Source of the DNA: Neomoorella mulderi
GTDB taxonomy: Bacteria > Bacillota > DSM-521 > Neomoorellales > Neomoorellaceae
Assembly: GCA_011375465.1 (NCBI GenBank)
Contig: DRZV01000093.1
Span: 1 to 47,784 of the forward strand
Length of the DNA stretch: 47,784 nucleotides
Direction: 5' to 3'
Positions 35,465-44,594 of this stretch are shown piece after piece. A program made the position numbers and the translations under genes. Numbering within the stretch: the stretch's first letter is position 1; each line of letters starts with the position of its first letter. The notes under the pieces were generated by a model. The model saw only the letters and a program-made list of their open reading frames with translations, ran no database searches and was not told the origin of the DNA.

Positions 35465-38149
35465 ATGCATCCATGGCACAGCTGGACTCTCCATGAAGTT
35501 TTGGAAAAATTGGCTACCGACCCGACAGAGGGCCTCAGCTCCGCGGAGGCCTAGGCCCGCCTGGAAAAATACGGGCCCAATCTCCTTCAAGAAGGTCCGC
35601 CCAAAGGGCCTTGGCCCATTCTGCGGGAGCAGTTCACCGGGGCCCTGGCCCTCCTCCTCCTGGCGGCCGCGGCGGTGTCGTTTCTCCTGGGAGAGTATAA
35701 AGACGGCCTTGCCATCTTGGTAATCGTGGTTTTAAACGCCCTTCTCGGTTTTATCCAGGAATACCGGGCTGAGAAGGCGATGGAGGCGCTCAAAAAATTT
35801 TCTGTCCCCCGGGCAAAGGTGCTGCGGGAGGGCAGAATTCAGGAAATATCCGCCCAGGAGCTGGTCCCTGGAGACGTCTTCTTCCTGGAAGCGGGTGATG
35901 TGGTGCCTGCGGACGGCCGCCTCCTGGAGGCCGCCAACCTCAGGTTGCTGGAGGCCATCTTGACCGGTGAATCGGTCCCGGTGGATAAAGATCCTTCCGC
36001 CATAATTCCGGCAGAGGCACCTTTAGGCGATCGGAATAACATGGTCTACAAGGGGACCACTGTGGCTTTCGGCCGGGGAACAGCCGTGGCCACCGGTATG
36101 GAGACAGAGCTGGGGCGCATCGCCGGTATGATCCAGAGGGTGGAGGCCGAGCCCACCCCTTTTCAACGGCGCATGGCCGCACTGGGCCGCACTTTGGGAT
36201 TGATAGCCTTGGCGATTGTGGTAGCGGTGACCCTGTTGGGGATTTTACGGGGCGAGCACCCGAAAACCATGTTTCTCACTGGAGTGAGCCTGGCGGTGGC
36301 CGCTGTGCCGGAAGGGCTCCCCGCTGTGGTCACCATTACCCTGGCCCTGGGGGCCCAGAAGATGCTGAGGCGTCGCGCCCTTATCCGCAGGCTTCCCGCT
36401 GTAGAAACTTTGGGCTCGGTCACCAAGATATGCACCGACAAGACCGGAACCCTAACCCAGAACCGGATGACCGTCACCGCCCTGGCCCTGCCCGTCCGGG
36501 ACCTGGACAGGAGGGTTGAGGTTTTTTCTTTTTCCGGGGAAAAGCCCGCCTCTTTGCCCCCGGCAGCCCATTTTTTGCTGGGGGCCGGTGCCCTCTGCAA
36601 CGATGCCGTCTTAACCCCAAAGGGGGAGGAGTTTTCTTATATAGGGGATCCCACTGAAGGCGCCCTGGTTATGGCCGCCATGCAGCTGGGTTACTCCAAA
36701 CCCCAACTGGAAGGGGCCCTTCCTCGCCTGGCGGAGTTACCTTTTTCTTCTGAGCGGAAGCGGATGACCACCATTCACCAGGTGGGCGGGAACTGCCGGG
36801 ACCTCTGGGCGGAGTTTTTGGGTAGGGGAGATCCGCCGCCCCACGTCCTTTTCACCAAAGGCGCCTTCGACCTCCTTTTACAGGCCTGCAACGGAGTATG
36901 GGTAAACGGCAAAATAGAACCCCTGGATGAATGGCGAAAGGAGCTGGAGCAGACCAATGGGGAGCTCTCCCAGGCAGGTCTGCGGGTGTTGGCGGTGGCC
37001 TTCCGTTTTTTAGCTGCCCTGCCCCAGGAGGTTACAGAGGAACTGGAAAAAGACCTTGTTTTCCTGGGGCTGGTGGGAATGATGAATCCTTTGCGGCCAG
37101 AAGCCAAGGGGGCGGTGGAGACCTGCCGTCAAGCGGGAATCGACCCGGTAATGATTACCGGCGATCACCCCCTCACTGCCCTGGCCATTGCCCGGGAACT
37201 GGGCCTTGATACAGGGCGCATTTTAACAGGCAGCCAACTGGACGGATTTTCGCCGGAAGATCTGGTCCAAATTGCTGAAGAGGTGGCTGTCTATGCCCGG
37301 GTTTTCCCCTCCCATAAGCTCAAGATAGTGGAAGCTTTACAGCGCAGAGGGCATGTGGTGGCCATGACCGGCGACGGGGTAAATGACGCTCCTGCCTTGA
37401 AGAAAGCCGACATCGGGGTGGCCATGGGAGTTGCCGGAACCGATGTGGCCAAAGAGGCTGCCGATATGGTGCTTCTGGATGATAATTTTGCCACCATTGT
37501 AGCTCCAGTGGAAGAAGGCCGGGTGATCTACGACAACATCCAAAAGTTCCCTAAATATCTAATGGCCACCAATCTGGGCGAGATCCTAATCATTTTTGCC
37601 GGTATTTTATGTGGAACGCCAGTGCCCTTGGCGCCGCTCCAGATCCTCTGGATCAATCTGGTCACGGACGGTCTTCCGGCCCTCGCCCTGTCGGTGGAGC
37701 CGGCTGAGGAAGGGGTCATACGCCGCCCCCCACCTGACCCCAAGGCCAGCCTTTTCGCCGGGGGTTTGGGCACGCATATTCTCTGGGTTAGCGCCTTGAT
37801 GGCAGCCACATGTCTTGGTGTCGGTTATTGGTTTTGGCAGCTGGGCCAGCCTTCCTGGCAGACAATCCTTTTCACCACCCTTGTCTTCGCCCAATTGGCC
37901 CATGTACTGGCTGTGCGCACAGGGCGGATTCCCCTTTTAAAGGCCGGTCTCCTCTCCAATCCCGCCGCTTTGGGGGCCGTCCTGTTGAGCATGGCCTTAC
38001 AGCTGGCGGTTATCTATCTGCCTCCTCTGCAGGAGGTCTTCCGTACTGTTTCTTTGACCCCTACCCAGCTCCTCCTCTGTTTCTTTCTGGGCAGCCTGGT
38101 ATTCTGGGTAGTAGAGGCCGAGAAATGGTTCCGGTGCCCTCGTCCCTGA
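35465..38149 (+). pseudogene. P-type ATPase, type IIA (SERCA/PMR1-like Ca2+/Mn2+ pump) with an in-frame TAG at codon 30
   Basis: From the ATG at 35465 (RBS gggggtga): MHPWHSWTLHEVLEKLATDPTEGLSSAEA-TAG(35552-35554)-ARLEKYGPNLL..., the standard N-terminus of this family. It continues in frame into the 824-aa ORF with LTGESVPV, CTDKTGTLTQN, MITGDH and GDGVNDAPALKKA. Confidence 0.8.
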
Positions 38150-38196
38150 AAAATGTTCCTTTTGGCTTTATCCGGCAAGCCGGGATCATAAAGCCA

Positions 38197-38224
38197 TTGA
38201 CAAAGCCTGAGGTTTATGTAGAAT
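38197..38224 (+). promoter_or_regulatory. Sigma-A-type promoter for the Fur-family gene
   Basis: TTGACA (38197-38202), a 16-nt spacer, and TAGAAT (38219-38224). Confidence 0.45.
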
Positions 38225-38272
38225 TAAAATGGTAAGCAATATTAATGTTATTTTGAAGGACAGGTGAGGAGG

Positions 38273-38689
38273 ATGTATCAGAACAAACCCAGGATGCAGC
38301 GCATGACCAAGCAGAGAAGGGTTATCCTGGAAATATTGAGGAGCACTGATATCCACCCCACAGCCGACTGGATTTACGCCAAAGCCAGGGAGATCATCCC
38401 CGACATAAGCCTGGGGACGGTTTACAGGAACCTGGGTATTTTAAAGGCCCAAGGGGAGATAGCGGAGCTGAATTACGGCAGCACCTACAGCCGTTACGAC
38501 GGCAACCCCCACCCCCATTATCACCACGTGTGCCTGGAGTGCGGACGTATCGCCGATCTGCCCATGCCTGTACGCCAGGATCTGGAAGAAGAGGCGAGGG
38601 CCAAAGGATGCGGTTCGGTGCTTTACCACCGGCTGGAGTTCTACGGGCTATGCCCCCAATGCCAGAGGAAAAGGGAGAAAGAGGGCTAG
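38273..38689 (+). CDS. Fur-family metalloregulator (Fur/PerR/Zur; subtype not resolved)
   Basis: MTKQRRVILEIL, HPTADWIY, ISLGTVYRNL, HHH.C..CG and CP.C motifs. The ATG at 38273 follows RBS ggtgaggagg. Confidence 0.85.
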   Translation: MYQNKPRMQRMTKQRRVILEILRSTDIHPTADWIYAKAREIIPDISLGTVYRNLGILKAQGEIAELNYGSTYSRYDGNPHPHYHHVCLECGRIADLPMPVRQDLEEEARAKGCGSVLYHRLEFYGLCPQCQRKREKEG

Positions 38690-38717
38690 TCCTAAGCTGG
38701 CCTTTTGTTTTAATGTA

Positions 38718-38746
38718 TTGCTCCGAGGCCCGCTTTGAGGTATGAT
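38718..38746 (+). promoter_or_regulatory. Possible promoter for the TPR gene
   Basis: TTGCTC (38718-38723), a 17-nt spacer, and TATGAT (38741-38746). Confidence 0.3.
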
Positions 38747-38769
38747 ACCTGTGAAAGGGTGTGAAAAAT

Positions 38770-39426
38770 ATGGGCATATTGAGCTCCCTGCGCAATTTTC
38801 ATAAAAAGAGGCCGGGGCTGGGTATGCTCCTGGTGGTGGTGCTGAGCCTAGGTTTGGTGGGCGGCGTGCCCCTGTTGGCCTCCTCCCGCCATTTCTCCCC
38901 TGGGGGGGGAAACCCTGAGGCTGTCGAGCCGGCTTTTGTTCAAGAGGAAATAGCCAAACTGGAATCCCAGCGGGAGGATCTGACCAGGAAGCTGGAATCC
39001 CAAAAAGACCACGCCCCTTTGTATGTACAGTTGGGGGACGTGGAAACCTATCTGGGCTTTCTATATTCAAACTATGCCAAGGACTGGGAGAAGGCCCAGA
39101 GCAGTTATAGGGAAGCTCTGGCCAGCTACCAGAAGGCTCAAGCCCTGAATCCCCAGGACTACGGCCTGTACCCCCGGATGATAAATGCGGCCCTTTATGT
39201 GGGGGAAGGGGAGGTGGCCCTGGAGCTTTTCAGAAAGGCCCTGGACTTAAATCCGGGAGACAACGAAATGCGCCTCAACTATGGCTACTATCTGGCCCTG
39301 AGGGGAGACCTGCAGGGGGCCGTCCAGCAGTGGGAGGAAATCTTGAAGCACAACCCTTCCCCGGAGATGGCCCAGACGGTGCAGGATATGCTGGCCAAGA
39401 TAAAGGACCTACAAGGAGGTAAGTAG
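38770..39426 (+). CDS. Membrane-anchored TPR-repeat protein
   Basis: N-terminal hydrophobic helix LGMLLVVVLSLGLVGGVPLL, then repeated A..Y..AL..NP-type TPR units. The start could also be the GTG at 38761. Confidence 0.6.
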   Translation: MGILSSLRNFHKKRPGLGMLLVVVLSLGLVGGVPLLASSRHFSPGGGNPEAVEPAFVQEEIAKLESQREDLTRKLESQKDHAPLYVQLGDVETYLGFLYSNYAKDWEKAQSSYREALASYQKAQALNPQDYGLYPRMINAALYVGEGEVALELFRKALDLNPGDNEMRLNYGYYLALRGDLQGAVQQWEEILKHNPSPEMAQTVQDMLAKIKDLQGGK

Positions 39427-39435
39427 CCAGGAATC

Positions 39436-40377
39436 ATGTACTTTTTGGGGATGGACCTGGGCGGGACCGCCATAAAGATGGGCATAGTGGATAAAAAGGG
39501 GCAGATACAGGCCCACCTGCAGGAGGGGACCAAAGTGGAAGGGGGGGCCAGGGGGGTCCTGGAGCAGATGGCTGGCCTGGTGGAAAAGCTCCTGGGCTCT
39601 GCAGGTGTAAAGAAGGAAGATATACAGGCTGCAGGCTTGGGAGTCCCCGGAGCGGTGGATCCTGAGAGGGGACGGGTGATCCTGGCTCCCAACCTCTCCT
39701 GGCGGGACTATCCCTTAAAGGAAGAGGTGGAGGCCGTCCTGTCCCTGCCGGTGGTCATTGAAAACGACGCCCATATGGCCGCCCTGGGGGAGATGTGGCA
39801 AGGGGCAGGAAGGGAATATAGCAGCTTCCTTCTGGTGACCGTGGGGACGGGTATAGGATCGGGAATGATCCTTCAAGGCAGGATCTGGCGGGGGAGTTTG
39901 GAATACGGGGCCGAGCTGGGGCATGTAAAGATGATGGAAAACGGGCCTTTGTGCCGCTGCGGCGGTCGGGGCTGCCTTGAAACCCTGGCTTCGGCTTCGG
40001 CCATGGTAAGGCGTTTTAAAGAGAAGCTCTCCTGGGGAAGGGCTTCCCGCCTTGGGGACAGCCCTTCCCTGGGGCTGAGGGAGATAATAGAGGCTGGCCG
40101 GGAAGGAGACAAGTTGTGTCGAGAAGTTTTGGAAGAAGGCGCCAGACATCTGGCCCGGGCCCTGGCCAATGTGGCCCTGACACTGGGTCCAGAGGCCATC
40201 ATCCTAGGAGGTGGGCCGGCGGAGGCGGGGGATCTCTTCTTAAGCCCTATCCGGGAATACTTTAGGGAATATATGGGTACATGGCTGTTGCGCTCCCTTC
40301 CCCTGATTCCGGCCCAGCTGGGCAACAGGGCAGGGATCATAGGGGCAGCCTATCTGGCCCAGCAAGAAGTGGGCTGA
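39436..40377 (+). CDS. glcK: ROK-family glucokinase
   Basis: GMDLGGTAIK, ENDA..AALGE, VGTGIGSG, and the zinc motif GHV......CRCGGRGCLE. Confidence 0.85.
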   Translation: MYFLGMDLGGTAIKMGIVDKKGQIQAHLQEGTKVEGGARGVLEQMAGLVEKLLGSAGVKKEDIQAAGLGVPGAVDPERGRVILAPNLSWRDYPLKEEVEAVLSLPVVIENDAHMAALGEMWQGAGREYSSFLLVTVGTGIGSGMILQGRIWRGSLEYGAELGHVKMMENGPLCRCGGRGCLETLASASAMVRRFKEKLSWGRASRLGDSPSLGLREIIEAGREGDKLCREVLEEGARHLARALANVALTLGPEAIILGGGPAEAGDLFLSPIREYFREYMGTWLLRSLPLIPAQLGNRAGIIGAAYLAQQEVG

Positions 40378-40390
40378 GAAGGCCTTTTCT

Positions 40391-40416
40391 CCCGGCAACA
40401 GTTGCCGGGTTTTTTA
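40391..40416 (+). terminator. Rho-independent terminator after glcK
   Basis: cccggcaac / gttgccggg stem followed by ttttttatttg. Confidence 0.75.
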
Positions 40417-40465
40417 TTTGTACCGGAGGAATTTTTATCCTCAGCGGAGAATTAGGTAGGAGGAA

Positions 40466-40490
40466 GTGGGTGATTGTGGGGTAAAGTGGT
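40466..40490 (+). promoter_or_regulatory. Three phased MraZ-box-like direct repeats upstream of mraZ
   Basis: GTGGG (40466-40470), GTGGG (40476-40480) and GTGGT (40486-40490) occur at an exact 10-bp period, 18 nt upstream of a TATAAT (40508-40513). Confidence 0.55.
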
Positions 40491-40530
40491 TGTAACGGGG
40501 GCCGAACTATAATCACAAGAGGACCGGGTC

Positions 40531-40962
40531 ATGTTTATAGGAGAATACCATCACACCATAGATGAGAAGGGTCGCCTGATCATCCCCGCCCGTTTTAGGG
40601 AAAAACTGGGTCCCAAATTCATCGTCACCAAGGGGCTGGATCACTGCCTCTTTGCATATCCTCCCGAGACTTGGAAAGAGCTGGAGCAGAAACTCCGCCA
40701 TCTGCCCTTCACCCGGGCCGATGTGCGCTCTTTCCTCCGTTTCTTTTTTTCTGGGGCTACCGAATGCGAGCTGGACCGGCAGGGCAGGATATTGCTGCCG
40801 GCCAATTTGAGGGCCTACGCCCAGCTGGATAAGGAGGCGGTGGCGGTGGGGGTTTCCAGCCGAGTGGAGATCTGGAGCCGCCAGCTGTGGGAGGAATACT
40901 GCCAGAGGACAGCGGAGCAATTCGAAGCCCTGGCGGAGAAGCTGTCGGATCTGGATATTTAA
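40531..40962 (+). CDS. mraZ: Transcriptional regulator MraZ
   Basis: [20 protein letters not shown] and the second repeat [13 protein letters not shown]. It is the first gene of the dcw cluster. Confidence 0.93.
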   Translation: MFIGEYHHTIDEKGRLIIPARFREKLGPKFIVTKGLDHCLFAYPPETWKELEQKLRHLPFTRADVRSFLRFFFSGATECELDRQGRILLPANLRAYAQLDKEAVAVGVSSRVEIWSRQLWEEYCQRTAEQFEALAEKLSDLDI

Positions 40963-40968
40963 AGGAAG

Positions 40969-41880
40969 GTGAAGATTTTGCACCATCCGGTGATGGCTCA
41001 GGAGGTGATAAAATATTTGGACCCCCAGCCAGGGGAGGTCTTCGTGGACGGGACCCTGGGTTTGGGAGGTCATAGCCTCCTTCTGCTCCCCAGGCTTCTC
41101 CCCGGGGGGCATCTTATAGGAATCGACCAGGATCAGCAGGCCCTCTCCTTGGCCCAGCAGCGGCTTTCCCCCTGGTCCTCTTCCGTTACCCTTGTTCATG
41201 GCAATTTTAGATATTTAAAAAAAATACTGGAAAATCTGGGGATAAAGAGGGTAAATGGGCTCCTTCTGGACGTGGGGATCTCCTCCTACCAGCTGGAGAG
41301 GGGGGATAGGGGTTTTTCCTATCAGCGGGAAGGGCCTCTGGATATGCGCATGGACCCCACCCAACCCCTGACCGCAGCAGAAATAGTCAATACCTGGAGC
41401 GAAGAGGAGTTGGCCCGGGTCATCCGAGAATATGGAGAAGAGAGATGGGCCAGGCGGATAGCCCGGTTTATCGTGAAGGCCAGGGAGAGATCCCCCCTCC
41501 TCACCACCGGTCAGCTGGTGGAGGTGATCAAGGCAGCCATACCCGCTGCTGCCCGGAGGAGGGGACCCCATCCCGCCAAGAGGACCTTTCAGGCCCTGAG
41601 GATAGCGGTGAACGACGAGCTGGGTGCCCTGGAAGAGGTCTTGGAGCAGCTGCCGGAAATACTGGAGCCCGGGGGAAGGGTGGCCATCATTTCTTTCCAT
41701 TCTTTGGAGGACAGGCTGGTGAAGAGGGCCTTCCTACGCTGGCGCCGGGAGGGAATCTTGGAGATCTTGACTCCTAAGCCCGTTATCCCCACGGAGGAGG
41801 AGATAGCGCAAAACCCCAGGGCTAGGAGCGCCAAACTCCGGACTGCCCGGAGAGTTCTAAAGGAGGGGGAGGAAGAGTAG
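40969..41880 (+). CDS. rsmH: 16S rRNA (cytosine1402-N4)-methyltransferase RsmH
   Basis: [40 protein letters not shown] and [10 protein letters not shown] motifs. Confidence 0.92.
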   Translation: MKILHHPVMAQEVIKYLDPQPGEVFVDGTLGLGGHSLLLLPRLLPGGHLIGIDQDQQALSLAQQRLSPWSSSVTLVHGNFRYLKKILENLGIKRVNGLLLDVGISSYQLERGDRGFSYQREGPLDMRMDPTQPLTAAEIVNTWSEEELARVIREYGEERWARRIARFIVKARERSPLLTTGQLVEVIKAAIPAAARRRGPHPAKRTFQALRIAVNDELGALEEVLEQLPEILEPGGRVAIISFHSLEDRLVKRAFLRWRREGILEILTPKPVIPTEEEIAQNPRARSAKLRTARRVLKEGEEE

Positions 41881-41883
41881 GCT

Positions 41884-42363
41884 ATGTTGGCAGCATCTCA
41901 AAGGCAGGGGGCCAAAGGGTTTTCGGTTTCCCCTGGTACCAGGTCTTTGCCCCGCACCTGGAAAAGGTTTCGGCGGAGGTTGGTATTTATATCAGGCCTC
42001 ATCCTGTTTTTGGCCCTCACCTTCGGTAAGGCCTATCTTTCCATGCAGGTGGTGCTTAAAGGTTACCAGCTGGAGGACCTGAAAAGGGAGATATATCTTA
42101 TAAAAAGGGAAAACGAACAGCTGCAGAAGGAGACGGCCCGCCTTAAAACTCCGGAAAGGATAGCCCAAGTGGCTACAGGTCGGCTGGGGATGGGGGAGCC
42201 CAGCTCGGAACAGATATGCTACTGCCCTCCTGAAGCCAGGGAGGAAAGCAGAGGATCATCAGGTTCGGCTTCCAGCCAGACACGGGCAGAGGGAAACAGC
42301 TGGCTGGTGGTTTTTTCCAGGGCCCTGCAGGGATGGCTGCAAGATGAAGGGGCTGGGATTTAA
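41884..42363 (+). CDS. ftsL: FtsL-like cell division protein
   Basis: Single transmembrane helix followed by a coiled coil (YQLEDLKREIYLIKRENEQLQKETARL) and RIAQVAT.RLGM. It is in the position between rsmH and the PBP. Confidence 0.65.
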   Translation: MLAASQRQGAKGFSVSPGTRSLPRTWKRFRRRLVFISGLILFLALTFGKAYLSMQVVLKGYQLEDLKREIYLIKRENEQLQKETARLKTPERIAQVATGRLGMGEPSSEQICYCPPEAREESRGSSGSASSQTRAEGNSWLVVFSRALQGWLQDEGAGI

Positions 42364-42393
42364 AACCTAGAAAACCTAGGAGGTGGGAAAGGG

Positions 42394-44529
42394 ATGGCGG
42401 TAACCGCGGGGTTTGAGGTGCGCCGGCGGTTGACCTGGGTTTTCCTGATCCTCGCCTGCGGCTTTATTGTTATCCTCTTTCGCCTGGCCTGGTTGCAATT
42501 CGTAAAGGGCGGCGAATTGCAGAAGCGGGCCTTGGAGAACCGGCTCTCGGTAATGCCCGTGACCGCCAGGAGGGGTATAATTTACGACCGCCAGGGGCGG
42601 GAGCTGGCCGTCAACATAACCAGCGATTATGTGGGGGCCTTCCCGCCGGAGGTAAAGGCCTCGGGCAGGGCTGAGGAGATAGCTGCCAAATTATCAGAAA
42701 TCCTAAACCTCCCCCACGACACGGTTCTGGAAAAGATCACCCGGAACACGGGCTTTGAATTCATAGCCCGCCAGATCGACTATGAGCAGGCGAAAAGGAT
42801 CAAAGAACTGCAGTTGCCCGGCATTGAAGTGGTCCCCGAGAGCCGCCGCTATTATCCCAACGGAATGCTGGCTGCCCATGTGCTGGGATTCACCGGGGTG
42901 GATAATCAGGGGTTAGAAGGCCTGGAGGCCATGTTCGATAAAGAGCTTTCCGGAGAAAAGGGAAAAATCGTGCTGGAGATAGATGCCCACGGAAGGGAGA
43001 TCCCCAGGGCCCTTCACCGCTACATCCCCCCTCGGGACGGCCATAATCTGGTACTGACTATAGATCAGACCATCCAGTATATAGCTGAAAGGGAGCTGGA
43101 CCGCCTCATGGCCAGTCCCACCAAGCCCGCCAGGGCCCATGTGATAATTATGGACCCCAAGACGGGCGAGATCCTGGCCATGGCCAGCAGGCCCGCCTTC
43201 GACCCCAACCGCTACTCCCAGTACCCCCGGGAACTATGGGGCAACCCGGTGGTCAGGGACGCCTTTGAACCGGGGTCCTGTTTTAAAATCATAACCGCTG
43301 CCGCTGCCCTGGAGGAGGGGGTGGTAAAGCCCCAAGACCGCTTCTACTGCCCCGGATATATAAAGGTAGGGGGAAACACCATCCACTGCTGGCTCCACGA
43401 GGGCCACGGCAGCGAGACCTTTGCCGAAGGAGTGAAAAATTCCTGCAACCCTGTTTTTGTCCAGATAGCCCTCAGGCTGGAAGAAAAGAAAAAAGGGCTC
43501 TTTTATCGCTACATCAAGGCCTTCGGTTTTGGGGCCCCTACAGGGATAGAGATAACAGGGGAGAGCGCAGGTTTCTTAATTCCAGAAAACGAATTAAAAC
43601 CCATAAATATAGCCACCATAGGAATAGGCCAGGGGATAGCCGTTACCCCTCTGCAGCTGATAACAGCGGTGGCGGCGGTGGCCAACGGAGGACAGCTGAT
43701 CCGCCCCTACCTGGTCAAGGAGATAACCGATCCCGAAGGTAGGACCGTAAAGAAAATAGAACCTCAGGTGATCCGCAGGGTTGTCTCCCCCACCACCTGT
43801 AGGGTTTTGGGGGAAATGTTGGAGTTGGTGGTGAGCGAGGGCACGGGGAGGAACGCCTATATACCCGGATACCGGGTGGGAGGGAAAACAGGGACAGCCC
43901 AGAAACCCGGTCCCGGAGGTTATGTGGAGGGCAAATACGTGGCTTCTTTCATAGGGTATGCTCCGGTCAACGATCCCCAGGTGGTGGCCCTGGTCAGCGT
44001 CGATGAACCCCAGGGATATCCCTATTACGGCGGGATGGTGGCTGCCCCCCTATTCCAGCGCATGATCACCGACGTGCTCCACTATCTTAAAGTGCCTCCC
44101 CAGCAGGTCCCCAAACCAAAGGAAGGAGAAGCTCCCCTTCCCCTGGTGAAGGTTCCCCCGGTGGTGGGGATGGATAGGGAAGCTGCCAAAGGTCAAATAG
44201 AAAGGGCGGGATTGAAGGTCAGACTGGAAGGCCAGGGGAACAGGGTGAAGGCCCAGGTGCCCAGGCCCGGGGTAGAAGTCCCTTCCGGCACCACCGTCAT
44301 CCTCTATCTGGAGGGAGAAGAAGGAAAGCCCAAGGTCTCCGTGCCTTCGGTGAGGGGTCTGCGCTTGCAGGAGGCCGCAGAAGTCTTAGAAGCCTTTGGA
44401 TTGAATCTTGTCCCTTCTGGAAAGGGTCGGGCGGTGGAGCAGGAGCCACCTCCAGGCGCCGGGGTAGACCCGGGAACCCAGATAAAGGTGAGATTCAGCG
44501 AGATATTTCCAGAGGATAAAGGACCCTAA
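42394..44529 (+). CDS. Class B penicillin-binding protein (FtsI/SpoVD-like) with two C-terminal PASTA domains
   Basis: PBP dimer domain, SCFK (SxxK), SCN (SxN) and KTGTA motifs, and two PASTA-like repeats (VPPVVGMDREAA..., VPSVRGLRLQEA...). Confidence 0.9.
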   Translation: MAVTAGFEVRRRLTWVFLILACGFIVILFRLAWLQFVKGGELQKRALENRLSVMPVTARRGIIYDRQGRELAVNITSDYVGAFPPEVKASGRAEEIAAKLSEILNLPHDTVLEKITRNTGFEFIARQIDYEQAKRIKELQLPGIEVVPESRRYYPNGMLAAHVLGFTGVDNQGLEGLEAMFDKELSGEKGKIVLEIDAHGREIPRALHRYIPPRDGHNLVLTIDQTIQYIAERELDRLMASPTKPARAHVIIMDPKTGEILAMASRPAFDPNRYSQYPRELWGNPVVRDAFEPGSCFKIITAAAALEEGVVKPQDRFYCPGYIKVGGNTIHCWLHEGHGSETFAEGVKNSCNPVFVQIALRLEEKKKGLFYRYIKAFGFGAPTGIEITGESAGFLIPENELKPINIATIGIGQGIAVTPLQLITAVAAVANGGQLIRPYLVKEITDPEGRTVKKIEPQVIRRVVSPTTCRVLGEMLELVVSEGTGRNAYIPGYRVGGKTGTAQKPGPGGYVEGKYVASFIGYAPVNDPQVVALVSVDEPQGYPYYGGMVAAPLFQRMITDVLHYLKVPPQQVPKPKEGEAPLPLVKVPPVVGMDREAAKGQIERAGLKVRLEGQGNRVKAQVPRPGVEVPSGTTVILYLEGEEGKPKVSVPSVRGLRLQEAAEVLEAFGLNLVPSGKGRAVEQEPPPGAGVDPGTQIKVRFSEIFPEDKGP

Positions 44530-44594
44530 AGACCCTTTTCCCCCTCTGGATTCCGTGATAAGCTAAGAAGTGGACGCTGGGAGGGGGTATCCGA

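Noticed and set aside
35552-35554. Reading the in-frame TAGs (here and at 26590-26592) as pyrrolysine or a reassigned codon
   Set aside because: TAG clearly terminates several well-delimited genes in this window (2645, 8420, 17861-17863, 21853, 30354). The two sites are not in methylamine methyltransferases, and no pyl genes are visible. A nonsense mutation is the simpler explanation, but this can only be settled genome-wide.
38225-38262. AT-rich stretch (aatattaatgttatttt) between the promoter and the Fur-family gene as a Fur/PerR box
   Set aside because: I could not find a convincing 7-1-7 inverted repeat matching the Fur, PerR or Zur consensus, only short AT palindromes.
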